From a virus (taxonomy: Duplodnaviria > Caudoviricetes): a stretch of DNA of 62,553 nt. The position numbers and the translations under genes are program-made. Positions within the stretch are counted from its first letter, which is position 1. The number at the start of each line of letters is the position of its first letter. The stretch is from positions 1 through 62,553 of IMG/VR virus record IMGVR_UViG_3300042564_005954; one strand, written 5' to 3'. The notes under the pieces were generated by a model. It was given only the letters and a program-made list of their open reading frames with translations. It was not told where the DNA came from and ran no database searches. Of the stretch, positions 47,304-57,465 are shown piece after piece.

Positions 47304-49871
47304 ATGCCTATAACCATAAAGGAGCTTTTAGCGTCAGATACTATTTCTCAGGCAACTGATAAGATAAATTTTAATTTTGATCAACTTCTATTAAATGGAG
47401 GTGGGCCAGAAGGTCCAATTGGTCCATTAGGCCCTCAAGGGCCAGTTGGTGGAAGAGGTCTTAGAGGTACTCAATGGTATGAAGATCCTGCTGCATCGCC
47501 AGGTACTAATCCTAACAGTCTTATTTTTATTAATCTTTTAGAAGGAGATTCATATCTTCAATCTGATGGAACTGTATGGGAATATAATGGTACCGTATGG
47601 ATTGTTACTGCTGTTAATTTAACAGGTCCTCAAGGTTTACCTGGTATTTCTGCCGGGTTTGGCTATTTTGGACAAACTGCATTAGTAAATGAAAACACTA
47701 TTTATCCTAATGTTATGCCAAGTGGTATAGGTGGTGGTGCTAATACAGTAAATCAAGGTGTACCTGCTGTTATGTTAGGCGGTGTGGTTTCTAACACTAC
47801 ACCTGTACCTAGTATTTCTTTTACTACTGCATATCAAATTGATAATAATATTGCACAATCTATTGGAAGTGAAATAACATCACTCTTTATTCATCAAAAA
47901 GATTCAACATCTTCAAGTATAACATTTCATGGCGGTGGTTTTTTAGCAACAGACAAGTTTGAACAAAATATTATAGGAAACCTTTCAACAATAGGATTAG
48001 GTATAGATGATAGATTAGTATTTACGGTTCCTAAACCTGCAACAACTCCTACACAAATAGACGATTTAGTAGGTCTTGAATTTATTACTACTAAAAAGGG
48101 TCAAAGATCATACTCAGGTAAAGCAATAGAACATTACACTGGATTAGATACCACAACACCTGTATTAGGTAGTGAATATTCAGATTATAGAATAGTAGTT
48201 GGTCAAAGTAATCCTAGCATTCAACCTAAATTTAGTGTTTCAGTTTCTACACCTTCTAGCACTCTTCAATTAGGAGGAAGTATTACGTTTCCAGGAAATC
48301 CAACAATTTCTTCTGCAGTAGGTAGTAGATTTTTACTTGATGTTGTTAATGCGCAAATACTTACTTCTGGACAAAATCTTATAGTGGCAAATGATGTTAT
48401 AACAATTAGATCTAATAATTCTAATGTTGATACAACTGCTTTAGGTAATATCAGTCATGTATCTGCAAATTTAATAAATACGGTTACTTCTGGAATTTCT
48501 AATAATGTAACCTCTAGCGGTAATATAACTCATACTATTTTTAACGGTGCGTTTTCATCAAGAGCAAGTGCAGGTTCTTTAAGTCAAGCTAATACACCTC
48601 TTAACTTAGTAGGATGGTCTTATCTTTACTCAAGAAATGGTATAGACCTAAATGCTAATGCAACAGGTAGCCAAATTCTTTTAACATCTCAAGGTAGTGT
48701 TGGATTAACTGCAGTTACACAAAATATAACATTAACTGCATCTTCTGCAAATGTTCAGGTTAATGCTCCTGCTGGCCAAATAGACTTAACCGGATTAAGA
48801 GTAAACATACAAGCTACTGGAGCTGCGGGCGGAAGTGGTGGTAGAATAGACCTAACAACATCGTTTGATGATATTAATATAGTATCCGCAAGAGGTGTTA
48901 ATATACTTACAGGTACAACAGGTGCAACACAAACCTTTGATGTTGGTGCAGGAACTATTGATATCTTTTCTAATTTAAACACTACTATAAATGCAGGTGG
49001 GGCTTCTAGCATTTTAAGTTTGCTTTCAGGAAATAACATAGTTCTTACTGCAACAAATATAATTGATGTTAATTGTAATAATTTAGATATTGATGCAACT
49101 GCATTTATTACAATAGATGGGTCACTTATTGCTTTAACATCTACATTAGGAACATTAATACAATCAAGCGCATCAGTTACAATAAGTGGTACATCATCAA
49201 GTAGCCAAGTAACAATTCAAAATTCAAAAAGTAGAACAAGTGCAGCCGCAAACACAACATTACCAACCCTGCCTATTCAAATAGTTGGCGAAGTTTCTCC
49301 TAGTATAACATCTTTAACTGGTGTTGGGCGAGGTATTATTGTTACAAGAACTACTCCTGTAATTGCCAGTGGCACATGTACATATACTGCAGTAGGTTCA
49401 ATTGATGATTGCGTAATAAATTGGATAAAAATAGGATCTATAGTTCAAGTAAATGGGTATGTTGATTATAATACTGGGACCGGTAATGGCGTAGGTTTAG
49501 GTCTTATTCCACTACCTATTATCATGGCAAGCTCATCTGATATAAATGGTCTTTATGGTAATGGCACTGCTTATATAGAAAGTTACATAGGAGGTGGTGG
49601 TAATTCATATGCTGCTAAAATGGTTCCGGTCGAAGTAAAACAGGGGCAAACTGGGGTTGATAAATTTTATTTTGTTTGTGTACATGAACCTACAACTACA
49701 GCAAGTGGTGGCGATACCGATGCTAGGTTTGCATCAAGTTTACAGGTAGAACAAGGTGTTTTTAATGGTGTAAGACAACCGAAAGATTCCAGCAGTGTTG
49801 GAGGATGGACAAATGTTATAAATGCAAAATCAAATATTAGATTTAGTTTTAGTTATAGATTAGAACCTTAA
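47304..49871 (+). CDS. Tail fibre with collagen-like repeat and beta-helical shaft
   Basis: GPEGPIGPLGPQGPVGGRGLRG, YLQSDG.VWEY, Thr/Ser/Gly-rich shaft, WIKIGSIVQVNG tip motif. Confidence 0.7.
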   Translation: MPITIKELLASDTISQATDKINFNFDQLLLNGGGPEGPIGPLGPQGPVGGRGLRGTQWYEDPAASPGTNPNSLIFINLLEGDSYLQSDGTVWEYNGTVWIVTAVNLTGPQGLPGISAGFGYFGQTALVNENTIYPNVMPSGIGGGANTVNQGVPAVMLGGVVSNTTPVPSISFTTAYQIDNNIAQSIGSEITSLFIHQKDSTSSSITFHGGGFLATDKFEQNIIGNLSTIGLGIDDRLVFTVPKPATTPTQIDDLVGLEFITTKKGQRSYSGKAIEHYTGLDTTTPVLGSEYSDYRIVVGQSNPSIQPKFSVSVSTPSSTLQLGGSITFPGNPTISSAVGSRFLLDVVNAQILTSGQNLIVANDVITIRSNNSNVDTTALGNISHVSANLINTVTSGISNNVTSSGNITHTIFNGAFSSRASAGSLSQANTPLNLVGWSYLYSRNGIDLNANATGSQILLTSQGSVGLTAVTQNITLTASSANVQVNAPAGQIDLTGLRVNIQATGAAGGSGGRIDLTTSFDDINIVSARGVNILTGTTGATQTFDVGAGTIDIFSNLNTTINAGGASSILSLLSGNNIVLTATNIIDVNCNNLDIDATAFITIDGSLIALTSTLGTLIQSSASVTISGTSSSSQVTIQNSKSRTSAAANTTLPTLPIQIVGEVSPSITSLTGVGRGIIVTRTTPVIASGTCTYTAVGSIDDCVINWIKIGSIVQVNGYVDYNTGTGNGVGLGLIPLPIIMASSSDINGLYGNGTAYIESYIGGGGNSYAAKMVPVEVKQGQTGVDKFYFVCVHEPTTTASGGDTDARFASSLQVEQGVFNGVRQPKDSSSVGGWTNVINAKSNIRFSFSYRLEP

Positions 49872-49875
49872 AATT

Positions 49876-50112
49876 ATGACACAACAAGAAATTTTAGAAC
49901 TTAACGGATTTGTTAAAAGATATAGTGAAATACAAATCTCTATTGAAACAATGCAGAACACTATAGAGAGTTTAGCCAGAAAGCGTGATCTTCTTTTTGA
50001 TGAATTGGATGAAATGAAAACAAAAGAAGAACAGTTTATGACAAGTCTTATAGAAAAATATGGAGCTAGCGAAGTGACTCCTAATAAATTACTTAAATGG
50101 ATAAATGATTAA
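49876..50112 (+). CDS. Small coiled-coil protein
   Basis: Heptad pattern ending LIEKYG. Confidence 0.6.
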   Translation: MTQQEILELNGFVKRYSEIQISIETMQNTIESLARKRDLLFDELDEMKTKEEQFMTSLIEKYGASEVTPNKLLKWIND

Positions 50113-50893
50113 CATAATTAATACCACAATTAAGATCCTAACAGATCGTAGAACAACAAGAGCATTATTAGCTGCAATAATAGCTATTCTTGTATTCTTA
50201 TTAATGCAACAATGCGAAAGCACTTCTGCTGCAAAAAAAGATCTAACAAGACTTAAGAATAATTCCAAAGCTCTTCAAGATACCGTTAGAAATTATAAAG
50301 ATAAGTGGGGTAATTCAGTTGGAGAAATAAGAGGTCTTAATCTTACACTTAAAGAATTAGGAAATGCTATTAAATACGAAAAAGGTAGACCACCTATTAC
50401 AATTATTGATGTTAGAACTGAAATAGTAGAAAGAATAAAAGAAATACCTGTTTATATTAAAGATACACTAATTGTACAAGATACACTTAAGTTTGAATCC
50501 GAATTGTTTATATCTGAAAGTGATACATTTGGAAAAAGTAGCAGATCAATTTCAGTAGGCATACCGTTTAGTGTTAAAGATAAACTTAAGTTTGGTAAAG
50601 CAAATATAGAACTTAAACAAAACATTTGGTTGAGTGCATCTATATTACAGGATAAAAAGACAAAGGAAGTTTTTGTTCAAGTTAAAAGTGATTATCCAAA
50701 TGCAACTTTTAATAACTTAAAAGGAATATTTATAGATCAAAAAAGTAAAGAGTTTAAAAGTTTAAAAAATTCTTACAGAAAAAGTTTTGGTTTAGGTATA
50801 AATTTAGGAATGGGATATATGCCACTTACCAATAATTTTGCTCCTTTTGTTGGTGTAGGTATTTCTTATACACCTAAGTTTTTACAATGGTAA
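50105..50893 (+). CDS. Membrane-anchored protein, possible spanin-like lysis protein
   Basis: N-terminal TM ending QQC, coiled coil, C-terminal amphipathic beta-hairpin FGLGINLGMGY...FVGVGISY. Confidence 0.5.
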   Translation: MINIINTTIKILTDRRTTRALLAAIIAILVFLLMQQCESTSAAKKDLTRLKNNSKALQDTVRNYKDKWGNSVGEIRGLNLTLKELGNAIKYEKGRPPITIIDVRTEIVERIKEIPVYIKDTLIVQDTLKFESELFISESDTFGKSSRSISVGIPFSVKDKLKFGKANIELKQNIWLSASILQDKKTKEVFVQVKSDYPNATFNNLKGIFIDQKSKEFKSLKNSYRKSFGLGINLGMGYMPLTNNFAPFVGVGISYTPKFLQW

Positions 50894-50905
50894 ATAAATA
50901 TAGTA

Positions 50906-52270
50906 ATGGAATCATCTAGGTTTATACAATTAAGTCCGCAAATACTTGTTGAGTATGTTTATACAGACCCAACAAATCCTACCATATTTAATACGGCAGG
51001 ATATCCTATTGAAATAATGAGAGACCTTCATACAGGAGGATCTTATTTTTTTAATACAATAGGTGTTGCTGCAACCATGGGTAATTACAGAGATATCTCT
51101 GCTGCATCTATTACTCCAAATAATACCAAATATGCTTATCTTAATACTAGTGTAGGCGTACCTTATAATGATTTTGATCCTAAATTAACACCTACTGTAA
51201 ATTTACTTCAAACATTTTCACCGCAACTTAATGTACAGTATGATAGAGTTCGTGTTCATTTTATTGCAGGCTTTAATTTTGAGGATTATGATGGTATAAT
51301 ATTTGAAGTAACGGTTCCACGTAGAGATGGTACGCCTCTTAATCTTTCTTCTATTAATTTCTTAAAAACAGATACTCCTGTTTTTAATCCTGATCCGTTT
51401 CTTTCAGGAGATAAGCTTTATTCAACCTATATTGAATGGCGTGTCCCTTCTCTGTTTTACATGAATAATACATTCTTAAAAACAGACTCAAACGGTTTAG
51501 GATGGAAATTAACACAAGGACAAGGATTTTTAGGAACTCCGCCTATCACTATTAAAGCTAGTGGAATTTATCTTACAACAATAGAAAACTCTTATAGTAT
51601 TTATGATGTTCAAGAAATAAATTCTGTAAGTATTCTTAATAGAGATATTTATGATAATCTTTTTGCGCAAGTAGTTGAATCAGAGGCAGGCGACTATTTT
51701 GAATTAAGTGGACAAGTTACAGGATCAACATTTGCAAATTTTATAGCACAACTTAATTCATCAGGCGGCAACTATGTTGTATTTCATGAAGTAGTAGTAT
51801 CAGAACAAATAGGTACAGGATTTGTACAAACAAGTAATCAGGTCTTTACACAAACAACAAATTTTGATGAACCTATACTTCTTAGACCAATTATTCTTAA
51901 CAGTTCAATTGCAGTTTCATTTGCAATAAATTATATTTTAAGACTTTATAACAGAGACGATAATACACAAATAATTAAGAATGCTAGACTTATATCATTT
52001 GATCCTAAAAAATATGGAAGAAGAATACTTCAAATAAATTTAGGAGTTGTTCCTCGTGTTGCAAATGTTTATAATAAATTAAATAATGATACAGGCCAAC
52101 AAATAGTTGTAGGTGGAAATGGTATAACAAGTGCAGATTTATCTAGAGAAATTGCTGAAAGTTTAGTTGTAAGAACACAATACGTGACTTCATTTAGGGA
52201 TAGAATAAATATTAAAGCAGCAGTATCTTCTGCTAAAATACAAGATGTTACAAATGGAAATACAAACTAA
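50906..52270 (+). CDS. Putative structural protein
   Basis: 454 aa, beta-rich; AATAAATA box at 50893. Confidence 0.5.
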   Translation: MESSRFIQLSPQILVEYVYTDPTNPTIFNTAGYPIEIMRDLHTGGSYFFNTIGVAATMGNYRDISAASITPNNTKYAYLNTSVGVPYNDFDPKLTPTVNLLQTFSPQLNVQYDRVRVHFIAGFNFEDYDGIIFEVTVPRRDGTPLNLSSINFLKTDTPVFNPDPFLSGDKLYSTYIEWRVPSLFYMNNTFLKTDSNGLGWKLTQGQGFLGTPPITIKASGIYLTTIENSYSIYDVQEINSVSILNRDIYDNLFAQVVESEAGDYFELSGQVTGSTFANFIAQLNSSGGNYVVFHEVVVSEQIGTGFVQTSNQVFTQTTNFDEPILLRPIILNSSIAVSFAINYILRLYNRDDNTQIIKNARLISFDPKKYGRRILQINLGVVPRVANVYNKLNNDTGQQIVVGGNGITSADLSREIAESLVVRTQYVTSFRDRINIKAAVSSAKIQDVTNGNTN

Positions 52271-53042
52271 TATTCCTTTAACTGCAACTGAGTCTAAAAT
52301 TTATAAAAAATTTACAACTCTTTCTGTTAATGAAGCGCCACTTCCACAGGGAGATGCGGTTATAAAAATATCACCGTTTGACGATTACTATGTTTTTACT
52401 CTATATGATGATACTGGTGGTGAAAATACACCAATAGATTTATCTAATGTAGGTTCTCTTTTTCTTTCATTTATTGGAGAAAACGATGAAATAAAAATAC
52501 CGTATTATACAAAAGTTTTAGACATTGATATGGCGCAAGGCCAAGTTCTTTTTAGAATAAGTAAAGATAACTCTAAAAAGATACTTGCATTAAATAATGA
52601 TAATTTTTATGTTTCTTCACAAATGATAGCGGCTGATGGGAGTGTTTCGGATGAAACTGTTTTATACACAGGCAAATTCAAATCTTTAGATGTAGCTGTA
52701 TCAGAAGCACTTACCACAAAATTAGAAAATGCTGCTGTAGAATATGCAAAAGAATTAGCTATATTAACTGATGAAGTTGCAAAATTAAGACAAGAAAACG
52801 GTACACTTAGAGCAATAGGAGCACAACTTAATTTAACAATACAACAACTTAGAGCAAGCAATCAACAATTAAGTAATGAATTAGCAAATGTTTCTGCTGA
52901 TATGCCAGAGTATTCAGATCCTAAAAAGGCTTTACAAGCTTCTGCAGAATTACAGTCTAAAACTGAAGGTGTTAAACCAACAGTCGTTACTAACAGTACC
53001 GTAATAAAAGTTAATGCAAAAAACCTAGAAAAGTATTTTTAA
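52254..53042 (+). CDS. Putative structural protein with coiled coil
   Basis: PIDLS..GQVLFRIS module then long heptad repeat; start 52245 or 52254. Confidence 0.5.
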   Translation: MEIQTNIPLTATESKIYKKFTTLSVNEAPLPQGDAVIKISPFDDYYVFTLYDDTGGENTPIDLSNVGSLFLSFIGENDEIKIPYYTKVLDIDMAQGQVLFRISKDNSKKILALNNDNFYVSSQMIAADGSVSDETVLYTGKFKSLDVAVSEALTTKLENAAVEYAKELAILTDEVAKLRQENGTLRAIGAQLNLTIQQLRASNQQLSNELANVSADMPEYSDPKKALQASAELQSKTEGVKPTVVTNSTVIKVNAKNLEKYF

Positions 53043-53045
53043 CCT

Positions 53046-53600
53046 ATGTTTTTAACTGGAAGAAATAATCAATTTAGGTTTGAGTTTCCAAGAATCTTTA
53101 TTCCTAAAGAAATTGCTGATAGATACAGACCTTATATTAATAGGATTCCAGGTTCTATGATTAAAGAACCTATTGATCTTTTTAATTATACAATACAATC
53201 CATAAATCTGCCAGGCCCTTCTTATGATCCAGTAACACAAACAGACTTTCCTGGTAATACAAGAAGTTTTAAAAGTGCTCAACCTTTTCAACAAAATTTT
53301 GATAGAGCTCTTAACGTTACTTGCAAAGCTATAGATGGATATGTTAATTATTGGATGTGTATAGAAGTTTTTAATTACTACTATTCATTAGGTGGAAATA
53401 AAAATTTATACATACCGCCTGTTCATATACAAATGTTAGATGCAGAAGGAAATAATATAGTAACATGTTTTTTGGATCAAATCATATTTAATTCAGTTGG
53501 AGCATTAGATTTAAACTTTTCTTCTAACACAATTGAATTCCAAACATTTGAATTAAATTTCACATACAATATTTTAGATATAAAAGTTAATATTGTTTAA
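53046..53600 (+). CDS. Tail tube-fold protein (gp3/gp19-like)
   Basis: IQSINLPG, NYW, LDLNF...FELNFTY pattern. Confidence 0.6.
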   Translation: MFLTGRNNQFRFEFPRIFIPKEIADRYRPYINRIPGSMIKEPIDLFNYTIQSINLPGPSYDPVTQTDFPGNTRSFKSAQPFQQNFDRALNVTCKAIDGYVNYWMCIEVFNYYYSLGGNKNLYIPPVHIQMLDAEGNNIVTCFLDQIIFNSVGALDLNFSSNTIEFQTFELNFTYNILDIKVNIV

Positions 53601-53611
53601 ACTTAAACTTA

Positions 53612-54256
53612 ATGACATACATAGGAATTGATTTTTCTCTAAATAGTCCAGGCGTTTGCGTACAAAGCCAAACAGGTGACTACGAATTTATTTCTTTTTT
53701 TAATTTTGGTAATAGAAAGTGGGGTACAAAAATACCTAAAGCATTTAGTGTTCATGAAGAACTTATGAATGCTGGAATTATACACGGAGTTTATTATAAT
53801 AGAGAAGTTGAAAATAAAGATTTCCTAAAAAGAGAACGTGAAAAACTTGTAGATGCACAAAAAATTTCAAATGTTATTATAGATAAGATAACTGATTTTA
53901 TAGATGAAAGTAGTGTTAGACTTTCACTTGAAGGGTTTTCGTACGGATCAAAAGGAAATTCATTTATTGATATAATTCAGTACAATACATTCTTAAGATA
54001 TAACCTTATGCAAAGATACGGTATATCTAACCTATCAATATATCAACCTTCACATATAAAAAAATTAGCAGGAAAGGGTAATGCTAATAAGTTCTATATG
54101 ATAAAAGCATTTCAAGATAATGTCTTAAATGATAAGAACCTTAAAAGATCTCCATTTTGGAAGTGGATAAAGGATAAAGATTTTAGTAACAATATTTGTA
54201 AACCCGTGGATGATTTGGTAGACAGTTATTTTATACTTAATGCTTGTAAGTCTTAA
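53612..54256 (+). CDS. RuvC-like Holliday junction resolvase
   Basis: IGIDFSLNSPG, LEGFSYGS, KKLAGKGNANK and DDLVDSY catalytic pattern. Confidence 0.85.
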   Translation: MTYIGIDFSLNSPGVCVQSQTGDYEFISFFNFGNRKWGTKIPKAFSVHEELMNAGIIHGVYYNREVENKDFLKREREKLVDAQKISNVIIDKITDFIDESSVRLSLEGFSYGSKGNSFIDIIQYNTFLRYNLMQRYGISNLSIYQPSHIKKLAGKGNANKFYMIKAFQDNVLNDKNLKRSPFWKWIKDKDFSNNICKPVDDLVDSYFILNACKS

Positions 54257-54302
54257 TTACTTAATGCTAATAAAGCTTAAAATACTTAAATACTTAAATG
54301 CT
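54234..54302. repeat. Short AT-rich direct repeats TACTTAA(A)TGCT
   Basis: Copies at 54234, 54258 and 54291, plus TACTTAAA at 54283. Confidence 0.6.
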
Positions 54303-54378
54303 AATATAATAATACTTTTCTAACAAAACCAGATAAATTTTATATATAGATTTTTAAAATTAGTTTCAGAAATATTTT

Positions 54379-54642
54379 ATGAAAGCACTAAATAATAGAA
54401 TTTTTTTAAAAAAAGATGAAGATTCTGGTAAAATAGGTGAATTTTTTGTACCAAAGAAAGAAGGTATGTATGCACCACCATATACAGGAACTATTATATC
54501 AGTAGGTTCTAATGTTACAGACTTAGATTTTAAAGAAGGAATTAAGGTTGCATTTCACGATTTAGCAGGTGTAGAATTAAACATCGAAGGCGAAAAGATT
54601 TTTTCAATAAGAGATATAGATGTTGCAGCAATTTTATTTTAG
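54379..54642 (+). CDS. groES: Co-chaperonin GroES (gp31 analogue)
   Basis: MKALNNRIFL...GTIISVG...SIRDIDVAAIL Cpn10 pattern. Confidence 0.8.
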   Translation: MKALNNRIFLKKDEDSGKIGEFFVPKKEGMYAPPYTGTIISVGSNVTDLDFKEGIKVAFHDLAGVELNIEGEKIFSIRDIDVAAILF

Positions 54643-54712
54643 AAATTCTTAAAACAAATATAATTAAGAATATATAATCTATATAGGAATTAAATAATTC
54701 TTATGTATCAAC

Positions 54713-54819
54713 GGCAATAACAACGGCAATTTTATTAAGGCAATCCCGGGCAGCAATTAATTAAGTAATCGTGGTTAGGCAATTTTATAATTTTAAAAAA
54801 AGGCAATTTATTATGGCAA
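54713..54819 (+). repeat. GGCAAT repeats in the SSB leader
   Basis: GGCAAT at 54713, 54725, 54739, 54778, 54802; near-copies at 54753 and 54815. Confidence 0.75.
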
Positions 54820-55733
54820 ACGAATTTGATATTTTTAACATTAGTGTATCTGATTTAGATACAGGAGAAAAGCCCTCTCAGAGCAGTGATTTATATTCTC
54901 CAAAACCTGATCAAGGACAAGACGGAACATATCGTTCTTTGATTAGATTTCTACCAAACGCAAAAAATCCAAGAAAACCTTACGTTAGAAAATTTAACTA
55001 TTGGTTAGAAGACAGAGAAGGCAATGGCTTTTATATTGACTCTCCATCAACCGTTGGAGAAAAATGTCCTATCCAAGATGCATTCTTTAAACTTAGAAAC
55101 TCTGAATCTGCTTTAGATAAAAAAATGGCAGAATCTCTAAAAAGAAGAGAAGTTTTTTATGCTCTTGTACAAATTGTTAAAGATCCACAAAACAGAGATC
55201 TTGAAGGACAGGTTAAAGTTTTTAAATTTGGTTATAAAATTAAGGCAAAAATTGACGAAGAGCTTAATCCTCAATTTGATGAACCTACACAAATCTTTGA
55301 TCCATTTGAAGGTAAAAACTTTGAATTAGTAATTTCTAAAAAGGCTGGTTTTGCAAATTATGATTCTTCTAAATTTCAAGGCAGTAGATCTCCTATGACA
55401 TTAGGCGGATCTCAAATTGAAAATACAGAATCAGGTAGAAAACAAATTTTGGAATATTTACAAAAGGCTCCAGATTTAGGAAACTTTGATTATAAAGCAT
55501 GGACTGATGAACAGAGATCTAAGGTAATGAACGTTTTATCTCAATACACATCACCAGGTGAATCTATTGCAACAGTAACTAAAACAAAAGAAGCTCCTAA
55601 GAAACAAAAAGTTGAGGAGCAGAAAACTAAATATTCTGCTGAAGAAGACTTCTCACATGAACCTACGGTAACAGAAAGTTATGGAAGTTCTGATGATAAC
55701 TTAGATGACTTTATCAATGGTTTAGATCTATAA
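54813..55733 (+). CDS. Single-stranded DNA-binding protein, T4 gp32-like
   Basis: IRFLP, KCPI, VKVFKFGYKI, FDPFEGKNF, NYDSSKF and acidic tail DDFINGLDL. Confidence 0.9.
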   Translation: MANEFDIFNISVSDLDTGEKPSQSSDLYSPKPDQGQDGTYRSLIRFLPNAKNPRKPYVRKFNYWLEDREGNGFYIDSPSTVGEKCPIQDAFFKLRNSESALDKKMAESLKRREVFYALVQIVKDPQNRDLEGQVKVFKFGYKIKAKIDEELNPQFDEPTQIFDPFEGKNFELVISKKAGFANYDSSKFQGSRSPMTLGGSQIENTESGRKQILEYLQKAPDLGNFDYKAWTDEQRSKVMNVLSQYTSPGESIATVTKTKEAPKKQKVEEQKTKYSAEEDFSHEPTVTESYGSSDDNLDDFINGLDL

Positions 55734-55734
55734 T

Positions 55735-56796
55735 ATGACTCAGGTAACAACTGAACAAAAGACTCGGATTATCGATAAGGTAGTCCGGGTTCTTTTTAAG
55801 AATCATAATCACCCTGAAAAGAGAAAACCTTTAGAAGGTAGAGACAGACTAAATTTTGCATGTCCTTATTGTGGTGATAGTACTACAAGTCCAAGAAAGA
55901 AGAGAGGAAACATTTATTGGGATGATCTATATTTTCATTGCTATAATTGTTCAACTCATAAATCTGTTGATTTATTTCTTTCTGACTTTGGACTTAATTT
56001 TGAAGGAGAAGAAAGAATAAGTATACTTAATTTAATAAAAGAAAACCGTAAAGAATATTCTTTAGGCGAATCTCTTGATTTTTATCTTTTTGAGAAAATT
56101 AATGAATTGGCACTAACACATGCTGAAATTGAATTGGCATTTAATGCATATCCTATAAATTCATTAACTTATCGTGCTTATCCTTATCTTAAGTCTAGGT
56201 TTCTTCATAATAAGCTTGAAAACTTTGCATATGATCCAAGAAGAAAAGAACTTTATGTTTTTAATTTAACGGTAGATAATAAGATAATAGGTTTCCAAAC
56301 TAGAGCTTTAGAAGGAAATGGCCCAAAATATAAAACATGGAACATACAAAGAATTTATGATAGATTAGGTAAACAATTAGATGTTGAAGGTGAAGAGTTA
56401 GATAATCTTAATAAGATATCAATGCTATTTAACATTTTAAAGGTTGATTTTTCTAGAGTATTTACAATATTTGAAGGACCTATTGATGCAATGTTTATGA
56501 GTAATAGTATAGGATTAACAGGTGTAAAAAAACAAATATCTGATTTTAATGAAATACCTACAGCAAGATACTTTTTTGATAATGATTTTGAAGGAAAGGG
56601 CAGAATGATAGAAAAATTAAAAGAAGGGCAATCCGTTTTTATGTGGGATAAATTTTGTAAGGATTTTAAAATAACACCTAAATATACTAAAGATTTAAAT
56701 GATCTTGTTAAGTATGAGTTTAAAGAAAAAACTGGTTGTTTTTCTGAGCTTAATAAATATTTTACTAATAAACCACTTGACATAATATATGTTTAA
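55735..56796 (+). CDS. DNA primase, T4 gp61-like
   Basis: CPYCGDS...HCYNC zinc finger; EGPIDA, FDND and KDLND TOPRIM motifs. Confidence 0.9.
   Translation: MTQVTTEQKTRIIDKVVRVLFKNHNHPEKRKPLEGRDRLNFACPYCGDSTTSPRKKRGNIYWDDLYFHCYNCSTHKSVDLFLSDFGLNFEGEERISILNLIKENRKEYSLGESLDFYLFEKINELALTHAEIELAFNAYPINSLTYRAYPYLKSRFLHNKLENFAYDPRRKELYVFNLTVDNKIIGFQTRALEGNGPKYKTWNIQRIYDRLGKQLDVEGEELDNLNKISMLFNILKVDFSRVFTIFEGPIDAMFMSNSIGLTGVKKQISDFNEIPTARYFFDNDFEGKGRMIEKLKEGQSVFMWDKFCKDFKITPKYTKDLNDLVKYEFKEKTGCFSELNKYFTNKPLDIIYV
55761..55797 (+). terminator. Terminator-like hairpin inside the 5' end of the primase gene
   Basis: 13-bp stem 55761-55773/55779-55791 with G-U pairs, then CTTTTT. Confidence 0.6.
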
Positions 56797-57016
56797 AAAT
56801 AATGATAGCTTTGTGATTGATGAAACCAATGATTTTTTACGGGATTTTTTTAATAGCAACAAAAGATTAAAATTATTTTCAAACTTTGGAAAATTTGATT
56901 TTGAACATAGCGGAAAAGAAATGGAAATAGAAATTCCTAAAAAGAAATTTGTATCCAAGGTGACAAATGTTAACCTTAAAAAGGATAAATCTAATAACCA
57001 TAAAAACATTTTTTAA
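56789..57016 (+). CDS. Hypothetical protein
   Basis: 75-aa ORF overlapping both neighbours. Confidence 0.55.
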   Translation: MFKNNDSFVIDETNDFLRDFFNSNKRLKLFSNFGKFDFEHSGKEMEIEIPKKKFVSKVTNVNLKKDKSNNHKNIF

Positions 57017-57465
57017 TGTCATTTGATGATACAAAGATAAAAGAAGCCAATGAAGAATTGGAAACGCGTTTAGCAAAAGATAGAAGTGATTGGAAAACAA
57101 GTATACAAGAACTTGTACAAAAATTAAAAAATGTTAGAGAACTTTCCGACTGTCAAGTTAATATGCTTTCATACAGACAAATGCTTTTAGACAAAATAAC
57201 AGATCTTAAAAGTGTTATTTATAGAAGAAATACTACATATGAAAAATACTATAAAACTCAGTATAGAGAGTATACATTAAATTATGATTTAAAGTTGACT
57301 AGCGGTGAAAAACACCAGTTCATAAAAGCAGATTTAGGTTCTTTACGTAATCAAATAGATATATTACAATCTCATATTGATTACTATCAAGAATGTATAA
57401 GAACACTTGATAATATGGCATTTGCAATTAGAAACCGAATAAGATTAGAAGAAGAACAAATATGA
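57016..57465 (+). CDS. uvsY: UvsY-like recombination mediator
   Basis: Helical 149 aa; FIKAD...FAIRNRI C-terminus; adjacent to uvsW. Confidence 0.6.
   Translation: MSFDDTKIKEANEELETRLAKDRSDWKTSIQELVQKLKNVRELSDCQVNMLSYRQMLLDKITDLKSVIYRRNTTYEKYYKTQYREYTLNYDLKLTSGEKHQFIKADLGSLRNQIDILQSHIDYYQECIRTLDNMAFAIRNRIRLEEEQI

Noticed and set aside
122-54812. ORF-track starts at 122, 2964, 6937, 12325, 13649 and 54771
   Set aside because: They fall in promoter boxes, leaders or upstream genes; downstream ATGs (149, 2991, 6985, 12361, 13685, 54813) fit better.
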